Below, piece by piece: positions 26,536 through 34,865 of a stretch of DNA of 34,865 bases. The notes beneath the pieces are model-generated. The model saw nothing but the letters and a program-made list of their open reading frames with translations, ran no database searches and was not told the origin of the DNA. Both the position numbers and the translations under genes were made by a program. The number at the start of each line of letters is the position of its first letter. Position 1 is the stretch's first letter. Source of the DNA: Deltaproteobacteria bacterium (lineage in GTDB: Bacteria > JAEEML01); NCBI GenBank assembly GCA_016283195.1, contig JAEEML010000162.1, positions 1 to 34,865 of the forward strand, given 5' to 3'.

Positions 26536-26624
26536 CTGATTATAATTCCTCTTGGCCTTAGGCAGCCAAAACTTAGGGCCTAGTAATTTAGGCGAGGCAG
26601 GAGTTTATATAATTTTCACTAAAC

Positions 26625-26653
26625 TTGACAAGAGGCTTATTCATGTGGATAGT
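26625..26653 (+). promoter_or_regulatory. putative sigma70-type promoter
   Basis: TTGACA (26625-26630), 17 nt, GATAGT (26648-26653), upstream of ORF 26678. Confidence 0.55.
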
Positions 26654-26677
26654 TATGGCCGGAGTTTGGGATAGCAA

Positions 26678-27430
26678 ATGAAACTAACCTGCTTACATTG
26701 CGGAAAACAATTGGAACTGGCCACCGGCACGGCTAATGGCGCGGTTGTGTGCGATTGTACGCGAAATATTACTATTCCCAACCTAAAGAAAACCGCTATA
26801 CGCCCAAATGCCAGAGCGGCTGAAAGGGCTCTGCGGCGCGCATTTTTATCGGCCGGCATGATTAATAATCGCTGGCAAATTGCCTTATTCCTGGCTGTTG
26901 CCACTATTTTTGTGCCTCCGCTAGCAATTGCTTCTATTGCCGTTGCAATTGCCGTATTACGCGATAAAGCCGGTTCCTTGGCCCGCTATGCCGGCCATCG
27001 CCAGGCTTTAATAGCCATTTTTCTGGCAATTTTTAATGCCATTCTTTCTTTATCCGGCGCTTATTATTTTTATAATGATCAGGTAATGAAAAATCGCCAG
27101 TATGTGCAAAAATCAGCCGCTCGCGATTTGCGAGCCCTGGCAGCAAGTGAAAATTCTTTTTATAGCAGCCACGGCCATTTTGGCACTTTTGATGAGATTT
27201 CCTTTATGGCCCCGGAGGGTCTTTATACTCTCTGCCTGGCCGATGAAATAAAAAAACCGCGCTCTGCTCTTCTAAAAACTGTTAATAACTGCCCGGATGA
27301 AAGTCTCCTTGAAGATGATCACTTCACAGCCGTGGCTGTAGCCAATCTCGATGGCGATGACACACTGGATATTTGGGCTGTAAACGAAGACGGCGTGGTA
27401 ACCAACCTGCAAAACGATCTGGAAGATTAG
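26678..27430 (+). CDS. membrane protein: zinc ribbon, DUF4190-like TM hairpin and type IV pilin-like globular domain
   Basis: CLHC...CDC; two hydrophobic segments flanking RYAGHRQA; QKSAARDLRALAASENSFYS helix; FTAVAVANLDGDDTLDIWAVN, resembling the deltaproteobacterial PilA C-terminus. Confidence 0.6.
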   Translation: MKLTCLHCGKQLELATGTANGAVVCDCTRNITIPNLKKTAIRPNARAAERALRRAFLSAGMINNRWQIALFLAVATIFVPPLAIASIAVAIAVLRDKAGSLARYAGHRQALIAIFLAIFNAILSLSGAYYFYNDQVMKNRQYVQKSAARDLRALAASENSFYSSHGHFGTFDEISFMAPEGLYTLCLADEIKKPRSALLKTVNNCPDESLLEDDHFTAVAVANLDGDDTLDIWAVNEDGVVTNLQNDLED

Positions 27431-27433
27431 CTT

Positions 27434-28342
27434 TTATTTCAGCAATATTGGTATTTCCATAATATCAAGTGGGTCAATAGCTTTGCCGTTATAATGCACT
27501 TCAAAATGCAGGTGTGGACCGGTTGAACGCCCGGTTGAACCAATAAGGCCAACGGTGCTCCCCTCCTCCAGCTGTTCACCGGAATTAACAAAAATAGCCG
27601 ATAAATGGGAATATACCGTTGTATAACCGCCAATGTGCTCTATGGCCACCGACTGTCCATGTCCGCGAAACCAGCCGGCTCGCACAACCTTACCGGGGGC
27701 AGCGGCACAAACAATTCGCCCACTGGGCGCGGCCAAATCCATACCACGATGAAAAGTTATACGCCCGGTAAAAGGATCTTCACGATAGCCAAAAAAAGAA
27801 CTGATACGCCAAACGGCCACAGGCCATTCCAAAAAAAGCTGCTTTTCTTTTGCCACAGGCAGAGCAAGCTTTTTTAACTTATCGTGTATATTATTTAAGA
27901 TAAGTCGCTCTGTATGCAAAACCTTGAGTTCCGGCAAACCATATTCACTGATAACATACTGAAATTCCGCCTCAATAGTAAGCCGCAGGCGATGTAATGT
28001 TGCCACACTTAGGGGTAATGAGCTTTTTAGTGTTTTATCGACATAATTAAGGAAGCTTAACCAGTAATTATCCATATACCGCGCAGCTGTCGGTTCTTTC
28101 GCCAAACGCCTGACAGCTTTTTGAAAACGCTGTAATTCATCAAGAAAAACGTTTTCGCTCTCTGCGCCCCAGCTAGGCACTGAAGGCAAGCGGCTAATAG
28201 CAACTTCGCTGGCGCCATCTAAAGCAGCTACCTCTAAAGAAGGCAATGGCGAGAGGGAAAGTTCAAGGCGCCCCGCATGATAACGATTGGCTGCACATGA
28301 TGGTAAAATAAGGAGCAGAAAAAGGAGTAAGAAACGCGGCAT
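27434..28342 (-). CDS. M23-family metallopeptidase lipoprotein
   Basis: Lipobox LPS-C; ISSFFGYREDPF, FHRGMDLAAP (HxxxD), YSHLS, GSTGRSTGPHLHFEV (HxH). Confidence 0.93.
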   Translation of the reverse strand: MPRFLLLFLLLILPSCAANRYHAGRLELSLSPLPSLEVAALDGASEVAISRLPSVPSWGAESENVFLDELQRFQKAVRRLAKEPTAARYMDNYWLSFLNYVDKTLKSSLPLSVATLHRLRLTIEAEFQYVISEYGLPELKVLHTERLILNNIHDKLKKLALPVAKEKQLFLEWPVAVWRISSFFGYREDPFTGRITFHRGMDLAAPSGRIVCAAAPGKVVRAGWFRGHGQSVAIEHIGGYTTVYSHLSAIFVNSGEQLEEGSTVGLIGSTGRSTGPHLHFEVHYNGKAIDPLDIMEIPILLK

Positions 28343-28351
28343 CAGCAGCTT

Positions 28352-29110
28352 TTAGAAAGTGTATCTAAGGTGCGGCAGAATTTGGATATTCATATTAAAC
28401 GGAGTAAAAAGAAAAGCTAAATCAACATCAACGCCAATAGAAAAATGGCGCAGCTTGGTATAATACTCAAAGCTATAAAGCACATCAGCAGTAAGCGAAT
28501 AGGGATAAGGAATAACCATGGCGTCATCAAGCCAGGTTGCTCCAAAACCGGCACCGACTTGCATGTAAATATTAGTATTGTGCCACACTGTGAAAAGTAT
28601 AGCCAGGCGCAAGCCCAAGGTGGTTAAATCATTAACCAATACGTCTTCGCGCTTGCCGCTTTGATCTTCACTGTTAAGGCCATGATAAGCGCCAAAGTAA
28701 GTTTGTAGTTGCAAGGAAATAAGATTGTTTATGTCATACCCCAAATTGAGGCCGAAAGTTCCGCCCGGAGCATAACGATAGCTCAAGGTGCTCTCACCCG
28801 GAGCCAGGCGCATGGGGAAAATAGAAAGCCCGCCCTGAAGCCCCATATAAAAACCACGTTGTACAGGATTCAAGCCGGCGCGTACATCTCTGCCGGAAAG
28901 GCGGCGTTGTTTTTTAGTTTGCTCTTTGTCAGCTTCAGCAGCAGCGCTACTATCGGTAGCAGCAGCGGATTCATCATTGGTAACCTGACCTTCCGCCTGA
29001 GCCGCTGCCGGCTCTTCCTCTGCCGCCCAAACAGTTGGCGCAAAAGCTGTTGTCAGTAACAAAGCACCGGAAAAAAGAGAGAAGAAATAAGACCGCCTTT
29101 TACAAGTCAT
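28352..29110 (-). CDS. cglE: outer-membrane beta-barrel resembling the myxobacterial gliding protein CglE/GltH
   Basis: Signal peptide (VWA-A); QRGFYMGLQGG, GYD, EYYTKLRHFSIG, terminal PHLRYTF. The motif match is from recall of the CglE family. Start placed at 29110 after GAGGA. Confidence 0.65.
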   Translation of the reverse strand: MTCKRRSYFFSLFSGALLLTTAFAPTVWAAEEEPAAAQAEGQVTNDESAAATDSSAAAEADKEQTKKQRRLSGRDVRAGLNPVQRGFYMGLQGGLSIFPMRLAPGESTLSYRYAPGGTFGLNLGYDINNLISLQLQTYFGAYHGLNSEDQSGKREDVLVNDLTTLGLRLAILFTVWHNTNIYMQVGAGFGATWLDDAMVIPYPYSLTADVLYSFEYYTKLRHFSIGVDVDLAFLFTPFNMNIQILPHLRYTF

Positions 29111-29228
29111 TGTTAACATCCTCATTATATGCCACCCGGTAACCGCATTGGTTCCAAGTGTGCTCAACAGATTTACCCGTTATTGGCCCGCGGTGCAAGC
29201 CATTTGTGCTACATTTCATTTATTATCG

Positions 29229-31085
29229 TTATATTAAACTCTCCATAGCCTCCTCGTTTGCTTTAAGGAGCAGAGAGACCTCCAAACTATTTTCGAGATT
29301 TTTACTAATATTTACAGCAAGTTGAGCCTTTTTCAGCTTTACAAGGCCAGGTGCCAAAATAATAAGTGCAAGTGAGAGCGGATTTTCACTCGGCACGTTA
29401 ATAGAGCTATATTTAACGTTAAAAGATATATTTGTATTTTCATTATCGGTAGTTACAAGAGAAGTATCCACGGTTACTAATGTGGGTGCCAGGGCTGCCG
29501 ATAGCTCCTTGCTTAAAAGAACAAAAAAATCGCTCACAATCTGTCTCGGAGCTTTTACCGGCGGAAGCGCTTCGTTTATTTTCACTTTAACCTTGCCGCC
29601 ATCATCATTGGGCCAGCACTCGCGCAGAAGGTCATTAGCTTGCCAGATTGTTGGCTCGGCGGCTGGCGAATCGGGTAGCCCATTTTTTTGCAAATAGCCG
29701 ATTATCACCTCTTTGGCGTAGGCGGTGCTAATTTTTTGTGCCTGAGCAAATTTTTGCAATTCAGTGCTTAAAAAGCCCATTAGCTTTTGCCAAAGTTCAA
29801 GCTCCTCGGATGAATAATTTCTCGATGATTTTATTAGGAAAATTCCTTCTAGCTTATCTTCGGTGAGCAGCGGACAGATTAAGGTGGCATCGAGAGCCGA
29901 CATACTAGCAATAAGTTGTGATATCTCCGATAGTTCCTGAGTGATATTTATGTCATCTGCCGCGTGAATAGTCAGTAATTCGGCCCGTTTTTGCAAAAAA
30001 GGCCCGTTAATAATTTCCTGCTGGGCCCAAATTTTAGCCAAAATAGCGGCACCATTTTGTTCTGTAATGGCCGGCGGATATTCACCACCGCTGCTTTCAA
30101 GTAACGAAAATGCATGTGAATCATCATCACTTATAACATAAAAAGCCGTCTTTTCCGCAACTTGCAACGCCGTGAGCTCATGGGACAAAGCAGCGATAAA
30201 TTCCCGCGGCTCGTTTATGCCTTGCAGCTTGTCTTTGCAATTTGCTATTTTATCTTTAAAATCAACAAGCTCCGGGCTTAGAAGGTTGGAAATAAAACTT
30301 TCCAGCCAAGGGCGGATACTCTCAAAACAAAGCACGGTTACAAAACTGGCCGACAAAGCGTAAAAAAACCATTTGCCAAAAGGAATACCGGCCCATAATA
30401 TGGCCAGCGAGTAAATGAGATTGATTATAAGAGCTATAGCGAGAATAGAAATAGCCCGTGGCAACCAGCTTTTAAAATCCACCTGCCACGATTTCTGCAC
30501 GGCAATATACAAAACATAAGAATAGAGAGCCAAAAGGACAGCCATAAGGGCCCAAAAACCATCTCCCAATGGCATGGAAAGCAAAATAGCGCAAATAGCA
30601 AAAAGCACAGTAGCGAGGCAAAATAGATGCACAGTATTGCGGCTATAAGAATTGGAAAGCGCGGCATGATATCTAAAGAGGTGCAAAATATACCCCACAG
30701 CCACCAAAGCTAAAAGAGCCGCCGCCAAATAAAAAGCCGCATATTCTTTGAGCGGAGTAGTTAGCAAAACAGCAAACAAAACCGCGCCGCCGGCATCGGC
30801 CGCCAGCAATCTAAGACGCTCCTTTTGTGAAGCAAAACCAAATAAATTCAAAAAGGTAAAATGTAATGACAAAGGCAGAAACAGAGAAGCGCCAAAAGCA
30901 AAAACACCTAAAGATTCATCGGAAAGAAGGTCATAAAAACGCCCGCCGGCATAAAGAGCCATATTGAGCATAAAAAGAGAAAAACCGGCTCTGCGCTTGG
31001 TTTGAATGCCATGAATTGCCACATTAAGTCCAAAAACAATAGATAATATGGCTAACAGCAAAATCATGACAGAACTGAGCGTCAT
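29229..31085 (-). CDS. multi-TM plus GAF sensor protein with a degenerate histidine-kinase remnant
   Basis: About 8 hydrophobic segments in the first 260 aa; GAF-like LICPLLTEDKLEGIFLI...YSSEELEL; C-terminal ANDLL...INEALPPVKAP resembles the start of an HATPase domain but has no H, N or G boxes. Confidence 0.6.
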   Translation of the reverse strand: MTLSSVMILLLAILSIVFGLNVAIHGIQTKRRAGFSLFMLNMALYAGGRFYDLLSDESLGVFAFGASLFLPLSLHFTFLNLFGFASQKERLRLLAADAGGAVLFAVLLTTPLKEYAAFYLAAALLALVAVGYILHLFRYHAALSNSYSRNTVHLFCLATVLFAICAILLSMPLGDGFWALMAVLLALYSYVLYIAVQKSWQVDFKSWLPRAISILAIALIINLIYSLAILWAGIPFGKWFFYALSASFVTVLCFESIRPWLESFISNLLSPELVDFKDKIANCKDKLQGINEPREFIAALSHELTALQVAEKTAFYVISDDDSHAFSLLESSGGEYPPAITEQNGAAILAKIWAQQEIINGPFLQKRAELLTIHAADDINITQELSEISQLIASMSALDATLICPLLTEDKLEGIFLIKSSRNYSSEELELWQKLMGFLSTELQKFAQAQKISTAYAKEVIIGYLQKNGLPDSPAAEPTIWQANDLLRECWPNDDGGKVKVKINEALPPVKAPRQIVSDFFVLLSKELSAALAPTLVTVDTSLVTTDNENTNISFNVKYSSINVPSENPLSLALIILAPGLVKLKKAQLAVNISKNLENSLEVSLLLKANEEAMESLI

Positions 31086-31109
31086 TATATAACCTCCGAG
31101 AATATATAG

Positions 31110-32978
31110 TTATTTGGCCTGCATTGTCACACTGTATTTAATTGTTTTTATGTGTGAGCACTGCCAATTGCCAGTGGCTATTTTTATATGAAAATTGCAG
31201 TAGAGTCCACCACATTTCAGGTAGCGCGAAAGCTGGGTGGTTTTGTAATATGTCCATGATTTCTCGTTGGTTACACTTCCGCTTTGCAAATCGTAAGCGG
31301 CAGTTTGCCAATTATAAAAATAAATTTGCGCTCCTTCGGCTCCCACCCCGTAACAACTGTCGTAGCCGTAAACCGCCAATTCCAAAGAGGCGGCACAATC
31401 ATATAACACATTGTTAATATTGAAACTTGCCTCTAAAGCACCGGAAGTTAAAACAGTTGGCCCCAAAAGGATCCAACCTTCTCCTTCGGCTTCATCAGGT
31501 AATTCGATGGAACCGCTGGTCTTAAGCTCTGAGCTGTCGCCGCTATAATAGCCACCGGAGATAGTATAATTTGAGCAGAGCTCTTTACCCACATCCGGAT
31601 CGGCCCAAGGCCCGGAAGTCGGGCACCACTCATCAACAAAGCCATCACGCCTACAAGCCTGCTTATTGGGTGAACATTCAGAATCGCAGTAGCAATTAAT
31701 ATTGGCGGCAGAAGGAGACGGGCAGCCGCTGGCACCGGCAAAATTACAGCCGGCATCGCAAAAAAGTGTGTAATCACATTCACATTCATCAGCGCAATCA
31801 GGGTCAACTCCGGGAACACACCAACCGTCGCAATAACTATCGGCCATACACATTTGCTGTGTTTTGCAATCGGCATCGCAGGCACATTTTTCGGCACTTT
31901 GATGAGCTGCCGGCTCACAAACATTGGGCACATAATCACATGAGCAAACGCACTCTCCTTCTATACATTCAAAATTCGGCTCACAAGCTTGCGCCGGGCC
32001 TAAATCAGCGCATTTATCAATGTCATATTGCCCACATTCCTGATAATGGCGCCCATCGGCCGTGCAAGTTTTGGTCTGGCACTCATCCGTGCAAAGGTCG
32101 AGTGGAGCACATTCACCCAGAGAGCAACTTTCATCAAGTGGGCATGGATTATAAGACCAATCCAGACAAGGGTCGCTATCGACATTGGCACAAATGCGAA
32201 AGCCGTTGTTATAACACTCGCGCTGCCCTTCTACACTGCATTCATTGACACATTCCGGATCACAGCGGCCGTTGCTGCAATATTCGCCGTAGGGGCAATA
32301 GATTATCGGCCCAAATTCCGAGCAGGGGTCGTTATCATACTGCCCACAAACACGGTAACCGTTACCTTCACAAATAGCTTGATCCGAAAAGCAGTCATCA
32401 TAGCATTTTTCCGGCAAAGTACAGCTGGAGCCGCTACAAACTGTATTGCCAACACAGGGCTGGCTTTCCTGCCATTCCAGACAACCGTTTTCCTTATTTA
32501 CAAGACACATCTCCACACTGTTGGAAGTTGGGGAGCAACGCTTGGAACCGGCAGTACATTTATCCTGACAATCAGCACACTCGCCGCCCCTACAGTAGGT
32601 GCCGGCTTTGCATGGGGTAACGCTCCCCCATTTTAAAACAGTATCCACATATTCGCAGACTTCATAACCGTTAACTTCGGTATCACAACGTTTTTTTCCC
32701 CTTTTACAGGCATCATCGCCGGTGCCCAGGCAATAGCCTTCGGAACAGGCACTGCCTTCCGGACAGGAAGTTGCCTCTTTAGGCCACTCCAGACAAATAT
32801 CATCGTTGTAATTATCGCATATAATATAGCCATTAGTATTATCAACACACTTACGCTCACCGGCATAACATTCATCCCGGCAAGAGAGAGCAACCTCCTC
32901 ATCGCAAGCGGTGAAAAACGGCATAGCAAGCAGCAAAAATGCGGTAAGCCATGCTATCTTGTATATTCTACCAAACAT
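31110..32978 (-). CDS. cysteine-rich repeat lipoprotein (surface protein)
   Basis: Lipobox FTA-C; six repeats of about 50 aa (CxxxC...C...G(Y/F)xxC...DxCxxW...C...C.xGxC), two repeats of a second type (CxCDY...CxCDxxC...DxWC...DPD), and a Cys-poorer beta-rich C-terminal domain. Confidence 0.8.
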   Translation of the reverse strand: MFGRIYKIAWLTAFLLLAMPFFTACDEEVALSCRDECYAGERKCVDNTNGYIICDNYNDDICLEWPKEATSCPEGSACSEGYCLGTGDDACKRGKKRCDTEVNGYEVCEYVDTVLKWGSVTPCKAGTYCRGGECADCQDKCTAGSKRCSPTSNSVEMCLVNKENGCLEWQESQPCVGNTVCSGSSCTLPEKCYDDCFSDQAICEGNGYRVCGQYDNDPCSEFGPIIYCPYGEYCSNGRCDPECVNECSVEGQRECYNNGFRICANVDSDPCLDWSYNPCPLDESCSLGECAPLDLCTDECQTKTCTADGRHYQECGQYDIDKCADLGPAQACEPNFECIEGECVCSCDYVPNVCEPAAHQSAEKCACDADCKTQQMCMADSYCDGWCVPGVDPDCADECECDYTLFCDAGCNFAGASGCPSPSAANINCYCDSECSPNKQACRRDGFVDEWCPTSGPWADPDVGKELCSNYTISGGYYSGDSSELKTSGSIELPDEAEGEGWILLGPTVLTSGALEASFNINNVLYDCAASLELAVYGYDSCYGVGAEGAQIYFYNWQTAAYDLQSGSVTNEKSWTYYKTTQLSRYLKCGGLYCNFHIKIATGNWQCSHIKTIKYSVTMQAK

Positions 32979-33044
32979 TTTATCATCCCATGGTTACACC
33001 CTAGGCACAAAAAACCGCTCCGATTATATGTGCTTTTCCCAGAT

Positions 33045-33130
33045 TTGACAATATTAGCAGACAAATTTACTCTTTTGCAGACTATTTAATAGCCGTTAGC
33101 TTGACAGCTTTTGCCAATGAATGTTACAGA
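33045..33130 (+). promoter_or_regulatory. tandem sigma70-type promoters upstream of the DUF4398/OmpA pair
   Basis: TTGACA 33045-33050, 17 nt, TACTCT 33068-33073; a second TTGACA at 33101-33106 with a weaker TGtTACAGA -10 candidate. Confidence 0.55.
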
Positions 33131-33189
33131 AAAGGTTGGTTTAGTGGCGCTACAGGCTGTTTCCTGGCGCAAGCTCTAAGGAGTAGAAC

Positions 33190-33507
33190 ATGAAAATTCG
33201 GCTAAACACCGCAAAATTATTAACAGTATTTAGTCTTGGCGGTGCTTTTCTGGCTTCTTCCTGCGGACCGGTGGCCAGTCTCTCATATATGAGCAAGGCC
33301 AACGTGAGTATTGAACTGGCCAAAAGTGCCGGCGCCGATACGCTGGCTATTTATGAGTACACCACGGCTGTTGCGTACTATCAAAAGGCCCAGGAAGAAA
33401 ATGGTTATTCGGATTTTGTAGCGGCGGAAAAATACGCCAAAATTGCCCATGAACAGGCCATGGTGGCCAGAGAGAGAGCCGAGGCTCTTTCAACAATTCC
33501 TAATTAA
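33190..33507 (+). CDS. DUF4398-like lipoprotein
   Basis: AAGGAG RBS; lipobox ASS-C; AKSAGADTLAIYEYTTAVAYYQKAQEE helical pattern; typical partner gene upstream of an OmpA-family gene. Confidence 0.75.
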   Translation: MKIRLNTAKLLTVFSLGGAFLASSCGPVASLSYMSKANVSIELAKSAGADTLAIYEYTTAVAYYQKAQEENGYSDFVAAEKYAKIAHEQAMVARERAEALSTIPN

Positions 33508-33540
33508 TTAACTTCTTTCATGGAATAAGCGATGGAATAC

Positions 33541-34865
33541 ATGAAGAACAAACTTGCAATTCTTATGAGTGTGGCCATCACGGCGCTTTTAGCGACTGCT
33601 TGCTCTACCAGCGGCCAAATGCAGGGAACTATTCCGGCCATAGAAAAAAAGATTTCCCAAGCCCGCGAGCGCGGTTCATATCGCTGCGCCCCGCGTGAAC
33701 TGGCTATGGCCGAAGCACACCTCGAATTTATGAAATATGAGATGAAGGCCGGCGATTTCGTGCGTGCCACTACACACATGAATGAATCTTCGGCCGCTAT
33801 TGACCGGGCACTTGAAATTACCGACCCGGACAAATGCGTTGATAAGACCGTCACAATTCATCGCCCGCAAAAAACGGTGGTGGCCGATACTGATGGTGAC
33901 GGCATTTTGGATGATATTGATGTTTGCCCCGATGATCCCGAAGATCCCGATGGCTTCCAAGATGATGACGGTTGTCCCGACCTGGATAACGATGTTGATG
34001 CCATTCTCGATGAAGAGGATGCCTGCCCGATTGAAGTCGGCGTGCCCAATAAAGACCCGGCTAAACATGGTTGCCCGATTCGCGATAGCGATGGTGACGG
34101 TATGCTCGATGATGTCGATAAATGCCCGGACGATCCCGAAGATCATGATGGCTTCCAAGATGAAGACGGTTGTCCCGATCCCGATAACGATGGCGATGGC
34201 GTTTCCGATGTCAACGACAAGTGCCCGAACGATCCCGAAGACAAAGACGGCTTCAGCGATGAAGACGGCTGTCCCGATCCCGATAATGATCAAGACGGCG
34301 TGCCGGATAAAGATGATAAGTGCCCGATTGAAGCCGGCCCGGCCTCTAACCTCGGTTGCCCGATTACCGATAAAGATAACGATGGCGTACCCGATGCTAT
34401 AGATGCCTGCCCGGATGTGCCAGGTATTCCGTCACCTGTGGCTTCCAAAAATGGTTGTCCGCGGCGCGTCTTGGTTATCAAGACCAAAGATAAGATTGAA
34501 ATTAAACAGCAAATTCAGTTTGCTACCGGTAGCGCCAAGATCATCGGCAATATCTCCTTCGAGATTATCCGCCAGGTTAACGAAGTGCTGAAGGCCAACC
34601 CGGAGATCAAGGTAGTCATCGAAGGCCATACCGATAACCGTGGCAATGCTGAGTTTAACCGCAAACTCTCCGATCAGCGCGCCAATGCCATCATGAAGAA
34701 ACTGATACAAGACGGCGTTGATCCGGCGAGACTCAGTGCTATCGGTTATGGTAAGACAAAACCGATTAAGTCCAACAACACTGCCGCCGGCCGTGCTGCC
34801 AACCGCCGTGTTGAGTTCAAGATTGTGGACGAAGACGGTTCAAATGCTACCCCTCAAGATTTCCC
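33541..34865 (+). CDS. OmpA-family lipoprotein: DUF4398-like domain, thrombospondin type-3 repeats and OmpA C-terminal domain (3' end outside the window; missing from the ORF track)
   Basis: Own translation: MKNKLAILMSVAITALLATA-C...YRCAPRELAMAEAHL...DTDGDGILDDIDVCP...IQFATGSAKI...IEGHTDNRG...NRKLSDQRA...GYGKTKP...NRRVEF. No stop before the window end; in-frame ATG also at 33532. Confidence 0.92.
   Translation, partial: MKNKLAILMSVAITALLATACSTSGQMQGTIPAIEKKISQARERGSYRCAPRELAMAEAHLEFMKYEMKAGDFVRATTHMNESSAAIDRALEITDPDKCVDKTVTIHRPQKTVVADTDGDGILDDIDVCPDDPEDPDGFQDDDGCPDLDNDVDAILDEEDACPIEVGVPNKDPAKHGCPIRDSDGDGMLDDVDKCPDDPEDHDGFQDEDGCPDPDNDGDGVSDVNDKCPNDPEDKDGFSDEDGCPDPDNDQDGVPDKDDKCPIEAGPASNLGCPITDKDNDGVPDAIDACPDVPGIPSPVASKNGCPRRVLVIKTKDKIEIKQQIQFATGSAKIIGNISFEIIRQVNEVLKANPEIKVVIEGHTDNRGNAEFNRKLSDQRANAIMKKLIQDGVDPARLSAIGYGKTKPIKSNNTAAGRAANRRVEFKIVDEDGSNATPQDF
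33886..34461 (+). repeat. coding TSP3-type Ca-binding repeats (six DxDxDxxxDxxDxCP...GCP units)
   Basis: Recurrent GATCCCGAAGA...GGCTTC...GACGGYTGTCCCGA DNA motif within the OmpA ORF. Confidence 0.85.

Noticed and set aside
33886..34461. CRISPR-like spaced repeats
   Set aside because: The repeats are degenerate at third codon positions and in frame; they encode TSP3 motifs, and there are no cas genes.
33676..34710. ORF-track entries 33676-34293, 33782-34402 and neighbours
   Set aside because: Shadow frames of the real OmpA-family ORF, which runs off the window end.
31110..34865. TraA/TraB kin-recognition pair
   Set aside because: The genes are divergent rather than operonic. The Cys-rich protein is an N-terminal lipoprotein with no MYXO-CTERM tail, and the OmpA protein lacks TraB's N-terminal beta-barrel.

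Overview
Bacterial chromosomal window, most likely from a Myxococcota-related (deltaproteobacterial) lineage. This is inferred from myxobacteria-type genes: an FHA-CpaF ATPase plus secretin pair resembling KilF/KilC, a CglE/GltH-like beta-barrel, a PilA-like domain fused to a membrane anchor, DUF4398/TSP3/OmpA lipoproteins and a Cys-rich repeat lipoprotein. The DNA looks much less GC-rich by eye than classical myxobacteria and carries FISUMP-domain genes typical of Fibrobacter and other host-associated anaerobes. Housekeeping genes: recA, a divergent rny, clpX, tRNA-Lys(CTT), Nif3, ttcA, tyrS. The central minus-strand block (about 8.3-20.8 kb) is a yfaA-like/yfaT/alpha-2-macroglobulin/yfaP operon whose macroglobulin keeps the CxEQ thioester motif, followed by Tad secretin, FHA-ATPase and Nif3. 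Two genes are frameshifted: a FISUMP lipoprotein after the tRNA and a spermidine-synthase-like lipoprotein broken at a T9 tract. Several proteins look degenerate (RNase Y KH loop, a sensor without a kinase core, an alpha/beta-hydrolase). Candidate operators and structured leaders occur upstream of recA, the macroglobulin operon, the FISUMP gene and tyrS. No CRISPR array, integrase, transposase or reverse transcriptase was seen. All family calls come from motif recognition by eye, not database searches.
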